This document shows, piece after piece, positions 22,952 to 32,200 of a stretch of 64,000 bases of DNA. Under the pieces are notes generated by a model that saw nothing but the letters and a program-made list of their open reading frames with translations, did no database searches and was not told the origin of the DNA. Every line of letters starts with the position of its first letter. Position 1 is the stretch's first letter. Source of the DNA: Macrostomum lignano (Eukaryota); contig NIVC01000267.1 in assembly GCA_002269645.1 (NCBI GenBank), positions 310,001 to 374,000 on the forward strand. Direction: 5' to 3'. Position numbers and translations under genes: made by a program.

Positions 22952-24554
22952 ATGGTAACAAACATCATGGTCAGCATTGTCAGCTTAAATGTCAACAAAA
23001 GTGACGACCTGACTATTCAGCACATCCCATACACTGTCACCACACCTGCTGTTCAAACGTTGAAGCCAGAGGCTGGTGCAGAGCATCCTGCTGGACTGTC
23101 GCACTTTGTGCTGTTTGTCATTATACCACTTCTGGTCCTGCTGTTCCTGCTGTTTGTTGGCTTTGTGGTGAGGCTCTGCGCCTTATAACAAGGCCCTTGT
23201 TGTGCTTGTAATTGCAGCTTGCCTAAAAGTTAGGCGTTAGGGGGTTAGAGATACATGCGCCACCTCCCTGATTTACACTGACCAAAAAATGCGGCTTATC
23301 TCTGAAAGAAATCCAAGCAAAATTAACGTAACTTTGAGTAAACGGCAGGAGTAACTATTACTGTCTTATTAAGGCTGAATGCCTCGTCATCTAACTAGTA
23401 CCCCGTGCAGATTTTCGGGTGGGCATTTTTGCGACTTACCTTGGCTGGGCCCCTTGCCAGCCAGCTCGGCCAGGTGTTGCGCATGTATGTTAAGGGTTTA
23501 GGGTTAAAGGCATTTATAGTATTGCTACGGGGCCTGAATAGAGCTAAGTGATGCCAAGTCAATATCTAAACATCCAAAGCTAATTTAGAAATCAAGAGGA
23601 ATTTTAATTCAGAATCCTTAATATGGGAGAGATTGGTTGATTTTTTATAGCTTCAAGCTGTCTTTTAAACTGTAATTAAAAGTAAAACTAATTTGATTAT
23701 ATTGTATTGTGAATGACTTTGGCGCTGTTGACCACCTGCCAGAATAGGGCTTCAACTCTACCCCAGACAGGGGAATTGAAATTCTGTGATCTGGCCACGA
23801 TAGAATGAAGCCATATCGTTGCTGGTACCCCTTGTTAGGCTTCCTTAGCCATTATCGGGAGTCTGAGAGCTTTACTATTTAAGTACACTGCTAATGTCGT
23901 TACTTAAAGTTCTCTATAAATATATTCGATATTTTATACAATGGAAAAATTCTACCAAAAAATCCCAGGTAGTCACTGACTCCAAATCTCCCAGATCCTC
24001 AGGTAGACACTTCAAATCTCCCAGATCCTCAGGTAGACACTTCAAATCTCCCAGATCCTTAGGTAGACACTGCAAATCTCCCATATCCTCAGGTAGACAC
24101 TTCAATCTCCCAGATCCTCAGGTAGACACTTCAAATCTCCCAAATCCTCAGGTAGACACTGCAAATTTCCCAGATCCTAAGGTAGACACTTCAATCTCCT
24201 AGATCCTCAGGTAGACCCTGCAAATTTCCCAGATCCTCAGGTAGGCAGTAAAAATCTGAGTACGGAGGCCAGCCAACCCATGCCCCACCAATTCAGGTGG
24301 TGCTGTGCATGCGGAAGCTCCGCCTTGACAAGCTGCGCCACCGCCTGATGCCGCTGTACCAGTTCGATCCAGCTGACGCCGACAAGGAATGGGAGGCCGA
24401 CCTGTTGGAGGACGAGCGCGAACAGCAGCAGCGGGCGCTGCGCTCCGCCTCCACTGGCGGCATCGGCGGCGGAGTGGCGGGCGCCGTCAGTGGCACCGGC
24501 GGCATCGGGGAGTCCGCGGCCATCAGCCTCTACAGGGACTCGGCGCCAGCCTGA
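22952..24554 (+). CDS. C3orf18: Small single-pass membrane protein of the C3orf18/SMIM29 family, ~152-157 aa; exons 22952(or 22967)..23167, 24297..24554
   Basis: Hydrophobic helix FVLFVIIPLLVLLFLLFVGFV|VVLCM, followed by RKLRLDKLRHRLMPLYQFDP..KEWEADLL, matching remembered C3orf18 RLEKLRHQLMPMYNFDP..ELEQELL. Phase-0 intron GTGAGG (23168) ... ttcAG (24296). N-terminal NKS sequon and no signal peptide. Confidence 0.8.
23980..24240. repeat. 29-30-bp minisatellite (caaatctcccagatcctcaggtagacact) in the C3orf18-like intron
   Basis: About 9 units ending 56 bp before the acceptor. Confidence 0.95.
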
Positions 24555-24607
24555 TGAACTCGTGTTTCCTGGTATTGTGTCGGTACAAACATACAGATCA
24601 AACACTT

Positions 24608-24665
24608 GAGCCCTTGAATCGAACCCGGGACTTTTGGTCACCGCGGTCTCCACTGAACAGCCTCC
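24608..24665 (-). mobile_element. tRNA-like/SINE remnant in the 3' region of the C3orf18-like gene
   Basis: Minus strand reads ...ttcagtggagaccgcggtgaccaaaagtcccgGGTTCGATTCaagggc: a B-box plus a weak A-box, with no intact acceptor stem. Confidence 0.35.
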
Positions 24666-25270
24666 TCGTCGGGCATGCAAGTTTTTATACTTGAATTTTT
24701 TCACAACAGAGTTTTTTTCAACGGGAAATCTGTTCTTGAGCGTGTTGGTCGGTCCCGTCTGTTCAATCAAGTTAAAATTTTACTGCAACAAACAGCGTCC
24801 TATCAGTTTTAGCTGCATAATTCGTGTTTACGAGCCTGTATTGAATTATTTCACGTGTTCTGACCCTTCCCGGCGTGCTTCTGTTTTGTTTGCAACGATT
24901 TTTTTGTGTTTGAAAATTGACTTCGTTTTAAGATAGTCACACTGGCCTGATGTCGAATAATTATCATCACAAATTTGCGCAATGTTTTTGATATGTACTA
25001 ACAATTATTATGCAGCTTCACCGTTTTTATCGCTTCACTCAGCCATTGCACACTTGCCGCCACATTTTGTGCATGTATCTTGTGAGTTTTATTGTGCAGA
25101 TTTAACTACCATCTGTCTATTGCATCTGGACAAAGCATAATTCAATGTAGCCAGATTTGTCATCTTTGGCACCCTTCACTAGCAACATGTGGAGTGATTT
25201 GTATATAAAAAGTAAGTTTTAAAGGTGAAGGGCTTTTAGGGTGGGTGAGTACTGTGTGTACTCTGGGGCG

Positions 25271-25660
25271 TGGGGAATCGCGTGTGTACATTGAGGAATC
25301 GCGTGTGTACATGGAGGAATCGCGTGTGTACATTGAGGAATCGCGTGTGTGCATTGAGGAATCGCGTGTGTACATTGAGGAATCGCGTGTGTACATTGAG
25401 GAATCGCGTGTGTGCATTGAGGAATCGCGTGTGTACATTGGAGCGTTGGGAATCGCGTGTGTACATGGAGGAATCGCGTGTGTACATTGAGGAATCGCGT
25501 GTGTACATTGAGGAATCGCGTGTGTACATTGAGGAATCGCGTGTGTACATTGAGGAATCGCGTGTGTACATTGAGGAGTCGCGTGTGTGCATTGAGGAAT
25601 CGCGTGTGTACATTGGAGCGTTGGGAATCGCGTGTGTACATTGGGGCATGGGGGAATCAT
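25271..25660. repeat. 21-bp minisatellite (gaggaatcgcgtgtgtacatt), ~17 copies
   Basis: Tandem units. The variant tggagcgttggg occurs twice. Confidence 0.96.
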
Positions 25661-27199
25661 GTGTGACTTTTGGGCATGGCTACGTACTCGTACATTCTGA
25701 GTATTGGGACATAATTAAACTTTGTCTGAGCGTGAGAGATCAATTATCATTATTAATTTCAATTGACAATTTTTCCATCAGCCCCTTTTGCCGCTATGCT
25801 CTTGTCTCCCCTAGAAAGTGTTCTGTATTCCACATTGCCGAGTATTTTTGCTTTACTAATTAATGTTTGCATATTTTATTGACCATGTTGTTTGTTTTCA
25901 AATAGGCTTATCCGCGTGTCAACGAAGCGTTATATACGTTTATTACTGTGCATACTTCGCTTTCATTGCTACTTAGTAGTAATACTTTGTGTTTTGTTTA
26001 ATTAACTCGCAATTTTAAGTTGAATAAGTTTCTAATTCATCTAGTCAGGATAAAGTCGCAATGTATTTTCTCAGAAATTATTATTCCAGCTTGGCAGAAA
26101 TCGTCCAATTGCTTTTATATTTTAAAGCAGTACGATAATGGCTATTATAAACATATTTTATTAGAATATCCGTCGTAATCTCGTTAAACAGCTGAGCGCA
26201 ATTAAGATTTTTATTTGAACAACCGGCGTAAGCCGATGTCTGTGTTGTCCGCTTGGTAAACTGACCTGCGTAGTACAATAAATGCAAGATTTTCACTTGA
26301 AATAAAAAACCTATCAACCTGCGCTATGCTACATGGCTTGCACACTTTGTGTACAAAATCTCCCCGTACCGATATACATGTAAATTTCATATTCCTTTTC
26401 TATTCAATGTTTTGCGCCTCGCGTCAGCACAGCTGCTGTTTGTATTGCGACACTGCTTATTAGCTTTTCGATGTCGCTAAATGTAATCATTTTAACTTTT
26501 TTTTCAAATATCATCTATGTTGAAATTAGTTATTAATACAACTGAATTTTTTGACAAACGCATGCTCGGCACAAAAATACAGATTGTAGAGATATCCGTG
26601 AAATTCTATTTAATTTATTATATATATGTTTGTGCGTGCGTGCGTGCGTATAAAATTGATTAATCTGTAGTTTTCGATTTCGATGATTTTATTTATAGAA
26701 TAGGCTTTAAAAAGGCCTTCAGCTTTCATCGGCCATCGCAAGATTCATGTATACTTAGGCGTTGTACGGTTTGGAATACTTGTTACCATTGATTAAGATG
26801 CTGGATCCTAATTAATGATATATCAATAGTATATAGACTGTTGGTAAATTTGAGCTATCCAAATGAGATGCTGCTATCTACATTTAAATTTAACTCATTA
26901 AGATTCGAGCGATCAGATAAAGACCAGTCATGAAATTGTAAAGCAAGGTAAAGAAACAGAAGTACAGTGGAATATCCAAATTTTAAAAGGAAGGCTGCGC
27001 TGGGTGTAAAAGTAAGGGCTCATCAAATAAAACAAAAAATACAAGCACAAGCAAACCATTTTGCTAGCATTGAAAACTCTCGACAGTTAGTTTAAATATA
27101 TATTTTATTTTTTAAATAAAGGCGTTTAAACAATACGTTTGACACATATCTCGAAATTTAGAAATTTCAGCTTAAGCTTTAAAACATTTTCAAAATAAC

Positions 27200-27330
27200 T
27201 GTCCACAATTTTATAATTTGCTAAATGAAAAAAATCGGCCAGACGGTACTCGAAAAAATTAACGACAGACAGACAGGCAGACAGACACACAGACAAACAG
27301 TGCAAAATTACTAAATTAGTGTATAGATTT
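27200..27330 (+). mobile_element. Helitron/HINE-type 3' end with a (CAGA)n microsatellite
   Basis: aaaatcggccagacggtactcgaaaaaattaacgacagacagac...ttagtgtatagat follows the aatcgg...(CAGA)n...tatag layout of non-autonomous Helitron ends. Confidence 0.45.
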
Positions 27331-27376
27331 ATAGATTACGTACATAGATAGAAACTTTTCAGGTTTAGTTATAATT

Positions 27377-27540
27377 AATCCCTTTAAAATTGAGCAATTT
27401 CTTAGCCAAGATGCATGTACCGTCCCAGGAAAATTTCTGATCGAATGGTGCAAGTTTGAAGAAAATCGGTTGAGCCAATTTTTCTGAAATCTATCGCATA
27501 CCTACCTACCCACATACAGACAACTCATTTTTAGTATATA
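27377..27540 (+). mobile_element. Helitron-type 3' end, near-identical to 56120-56270 and 61015-61170
   Basis: taatccctttaa(a/c)attgagcaatttcttagccaagatgcatgtaccgtcccaggaaaatttctgatcgaatggtgcaagtttgaagaaaatcggtt...catttttagtata occurs three times in the window. Confidence 0.75.
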
Positions 27541-28061
27541 GGATAGGATAGGTTAGTCACGATCTAATCTATGCTGACTTCAGAGCTTCGTTTGACTCAG
27601 ATTTTCATTAATTAAACGTGCTAGTTCTAAATAAACTTAACTGGCTTCAGTATATGTGAAGGTTCGAAACTTGGCCTAATACTAATAGTTATTGTTTGTA
27701 TGCATTGGTATATTGTATTGTATATAGCAACTTTAAACTGTAAAATCTTGTATTTTATTCTATTATTGCATCTGATTTAGAGTATAAGCCACTAATCATT
27801 GTTTATCTATTATTTTTAGTTTTTAAATTATGACAATTGGAATAATCATTTTAACTGAAGTTGAAAATGTGGCTATTTTAGTATTGACTATTGGGTTTAT
27901 TACCAAAGCGATTTATTAAAATAATAATTACTTATTACCAAAGTGGCCATTAATGAAATGCAGAAGTGGCTAGAAACAACAATTTATATATTTTATGTAA
28001 TAATAAATATAATAATATAATAATAATTGTTTTTAGTGCTTACTTAGTTCCATGCTTAGGC

Positions 28062-28814
28062 ACAACCTTAGGATTCACTCGGCCATTTCTATTGGCAACA
28101 CACATATGACACATATAAGTTGCTATTAAATGGAATAGTAGTCATGTGACTGCTCTTAGCCAATAGTGACCTACATGTATGCCAGACTCTGGATAGTATA
28201 CATGTATGCCAGAATTTTCTGGCCTACAGAGGGACCTAGATTACACATTGGTGTACAACTTGGTATACAAAGGTGCCTGGCATGCCCTCTTGATGTACAG
28301 CTTGGTGTATAGAGATTGCCGAGACCAGCAGGGGGGACCAAAGTTCCGAGTCCCAACAATCAATCTACATAATTAGCATACAAAAATGATTAAGTTTGCA
28401 TTTGGCATAGTTTCCATTACATAGTTACAGTAGCTAAATTTTGATCAGAAAGAATAGCCGGCCCTTTATAAAAAGAATGGAAAACTAAATTAAAAAAACC
28501 GGGCTTAACTTTTCCAAGAGAGTAAAAGTAAAAAAATACTTAAAATGAACTAGTTCTCTACAATTTAGTAAAAAGATTTTTAGTTTTAATACATAGGTTG
28601 TTTGAATATTAAAATTTTGCAAGCTTTTAATATTAGTTGTAATTTGTAATTTTTATTTTGGCATATTTTTATATGCAATAAAAAGTTTGTTGGCATACAT
28701 TGGCGTGCATGAGCTACAGAAGCAATTTTCGTTCCGGTGTACAGTGGTACACGATCCTGACCCTGGCATGTATGTGTTGCCAATAGTAATGGCCAGGTGA
28801 TTCCCAAGGTTGCA
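28062..28814. mobile_element. MITE-like element with ~45-bp imperfect terminal inverted repeats
   Basis: 28062-28106 acaaccttaggattcactcggccatttctattggcaacacacata pairs with 28771-28814 tatgtgttgccaatagtaatggccaggtgattcccaaggttgca. No clear TSD. Confidence 0.5.
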
Positions 28815-28954
28815 CATGTATGCTTAGCTAATTAGTTAGCATTGGTAAAATAATTGTCACTATTTAGCTACTTATAATACTAGCCTATAGAGTCCAATTA
28901 TTTTACTTCAATTGCTAGATAAAAAACTAATAAATAGCTATAGGCTAAAAGACA

Positions 28955-29145
28955 CTAGAGAAAGATGGGATAGAAAAGAGAGGAGAGTAGAAAGAAGGGA
29001 GAGGATATAAAAGAGCAGAGAGCTAGGAAGGGACAAACCTTAAAGTGGGCCAGATTGCTATTGTGAAGTTTCAAAGGACCTGAGGGCCAGATAGAGGCTT
29101 GGAAGGCTGCATGTGGCCCAGTAGGCTAGAGTTTGCCAACCCCTG
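28955..29145. mobile_element. hAT (Charlie-like) non-autonomous element end
   Basis: Terminus gtttgccaacccctg (reverse complement CAGGGGTTGGCAAAC) resembles hAT/Charlie TIRs. The internal segment is shared with 17590-17660. Confidence 0.55.
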
Positions 29146-29289
29146 TGTCTGTGACCTATACAAATATGCTTAATTTCTAATTCACTTTCAGAAATAGAAG
29201 CATTGCCATTTGCAGCCAATGCTATTATGCCATACCTATTAGCTACTGTATTTCTAATAATCTGAAACCAATGCATGCAAGATCCCATT

Positions 29290-32200
29290 ATGGAGGATGA
29301 GGCAGCCAACAGCAATTCAGATTTGGTTGATGCAGAAACAGAAGTTGCTGCCCCAAGCTCAGAGGAGGCTGCTGCGCCAGATGAGGCAGCAAATGAAGGC
29401 CAAACTGGCCAAGTGCCTCCACCAATGCCAGTAGTTGAAGCACCTTCCCCTATCGCCTCTGATGTAGAGGATGATGCAGAAGACCATCTTGAGGAGTCCC
29501 AGCCTCCTCCTCAGAATGGAGCCGATGCTGCTCAGCAAGCAGATGAGGATGCTGAAGAGAACCAGGGAGTTGGTGATGAGGAGCCTCATCAAGCCGAGCA
29601 GGAGGATGACCACGGCAACGAAGATGGAGATCAAGAGGATGATGAAGACGAGAATGGAGCTGCTCTGTTGCAGCAATTGTCAGAGAGTCTTCGGCAGCAG
29701 ACTGACTCGTCTGATAGAGTGAGTTGGCTTTTGGCTTATGGCTATTTGATGGACTGTGCATGACCCGAACCTAACACCCTGGAACATATGCATGACCTAA
29801 ACCTGACACCCTAGAATCTATCTGCATGACCCAAACCGACACCCTAGAATCTACCTGAGCCGGGAATCTATCTGCATGACCCAATCCTGACACTCTAGAA
29901 TCGATCTGCATGACCCAATCCTGACACTCTAGAATATATCTGCATGATCCTGATACCCGCAGGACCAGCGTGACAGCCGGTCACACAGCCGTGATGAGGC
30001 CGATCGCCAGTTAGACAATCACAGACGCGAACTAGATCAGCTGCAGGTGCGTCCACTGATGAGGGAGGCGTGAATTATCTGGTTTTCCATCACTTTCCGG
30101 GTGTCGCACATATGTACTTGACGCATTGCTCCCTCCCTGACCGCAGTCAAATCTTCGTCGCGAGCTGGCCGAGGAGAAGCGCCAGCTGGACCAGCGGCTG
30201 GCCAGACGGCAGCAGGGGCTGCCTGCGGGAGACTCCGCGGCTGGCGAAGACAGGGTAAGAAGTTTGGGGATCGGCACTGACTACCCATTGCGCGTCAACA
30301 CGTCTGCTGCACGCCCATACCAATCCAAGAGCCTACTGCACACCCACTCTGACCCAAAGAGCCTACTGCACACCCACTCTGACCCAAAGAGCCTACTGCA
30401 CACCCACTCTGACTCAAAGAGCCTACTGCACACCCACTCTGACCCAAAGAGCCTACTGCACACCCACTCTGACCCAAAGAGCCTACTGCACACCCACTCT
30501 GACCCAAAGAGCCTACTGCACACCCACTCTGACCCAAAGAGCCTACTGCACACCCAGTCTGACACAAAGGGCCTACTGCACACCCACTCTGACCCAAAGA
30601 GCCTACTGCACACCCAGTCTGACCCAAAGGGCCTACTGCACACCCACTCTGACCCAAAGAGCCTACTGCACACCCACTCTGACTCAAAGAGCCTACTGCA
30701 CACCCACTCTGACTCAAAGAGCCTACTGCACACCCAGTCTGACCCAAAGGGCCTACTGCACACCCACTCTGACCCAAAGAGCCTACTGCACACCCACTCT
30801 GACCCAAAGAGCCTACTGCACACCCACTCTGACCCAAAGAGCCTACTGCACACCCACTCTGACCCAAAGAGCCTACTGCACACCCACTCTGACCCAAAGA
30901 GCCTACTGCACACCCACTCTGACCCAAAGGGCCTACTGCTTTACCCGCAGCCGTCCCGCCTGACTCTGGACAACCCGATCCACATGGCGCTGAACCTGCG
31001 CCCGGACAACAGTGTCCGGTCTTACCTGCCAGCCGAGATGCTGTCCTCCCGCCAAGGCGCCGCTTCCACTTCCGCCGTTGGTCAGCACCGAGTTCTGCCG
31101 TCGACCCTGACTTCCGAGGAGCTCCGTCTGTTAGATGACGTTCGCCAGCGGCTGTCTCGCGCCTCCATTGAAGAGCAGCAGCAGCAGCAGCCGCCGCTGC
31201 CGCCCCCGCAGCCGCGGCCACGTCAGCAGCAGCGGCAGCCGCCGTACCGCCATCGGGTGGCTGATCCTGCTCCATTTGCGCAGGCCGCTCCGGACTCTGA
31301 CGGCGACGAGGAGGGCATTGACCCCCTGGTTCGCAGCACTCACGAGCGTCTGGCCGGGGTCAGCGACCGCATTCGGCGATACCAGCAGGAGACCAGCGAC
31401 TATTTTAACCAGAGCGTCCTGCTGGGCTGCAGCCCCACAGAGCGGGGAGAAGCTGCGGCTGCTAATGGCGGTGAGCATCTGCACTGGGGATCTGTGCTGT
31501 TCGGGCATTTAGGGATCTGGGATTTTGGGGATTTTTGAGTCGTATCGAATCAGGGATTTAGGGATTTGAGAGTCGTATTGAATCTGGGATTTAGGGTTTT
31601 GAGAGTCGTATTGAATCTGGGATTTAGGGGATTTTGGAGTCGTATTGAATCTGGGAGTTAGGGATTTGAGAGTCGTATTGAATCTGGGATTTAGGGATTT
31701 GAGAGTCGTATTGAATCTGGGATTTGGGGATTTGTGAGTCGTATTGAATCTGGGATTTGGGGATTTTGGAGTCGTATTGAATCTGGGAGTTAGGGATTTG
31801 AGAGTCGTATTGAATCTGGGATTTAGGGATTTTGGAGTCGTATTGAATCTGGGAGTTAGGGATTTCGGAGTCGTATTGAATCTGGGATTTAGGGATTTGA
31901 GAGTCGTATTGAATCTGGGATTTGGGGATTTTGGAGTCGTATTGAATCTGGGATTTAGGGATTTGAGAGTCGTATTGAATCTGGGAGTTAGGGATTTGAG
32001 AGTCGTATTGAATCTGGGAGTTAGGGATTTGAGAGTCGTATTGAATCTGGGATTTGGAGATTTGAGAGTCGTATTGAATCTGGGAGTTAGGGATTTGAGA
32101 GTCGTATTGAATCTGGGAGTTAGGGATTTGAGAGTCGTATTGAATCTGGGAGTTAGGGATTTGAGAGTCGTATTGAATCTGGGATTTAGGGATTTGAGAG

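Noticed and set aside
28085-28791. Two X-box-like GTTGCCAATAG(A/T)AAT motifs upstream of the MPHOSPH9-like gene
   Set aside because: They are better explained as parts of the inverted termini of a MITE-like element.
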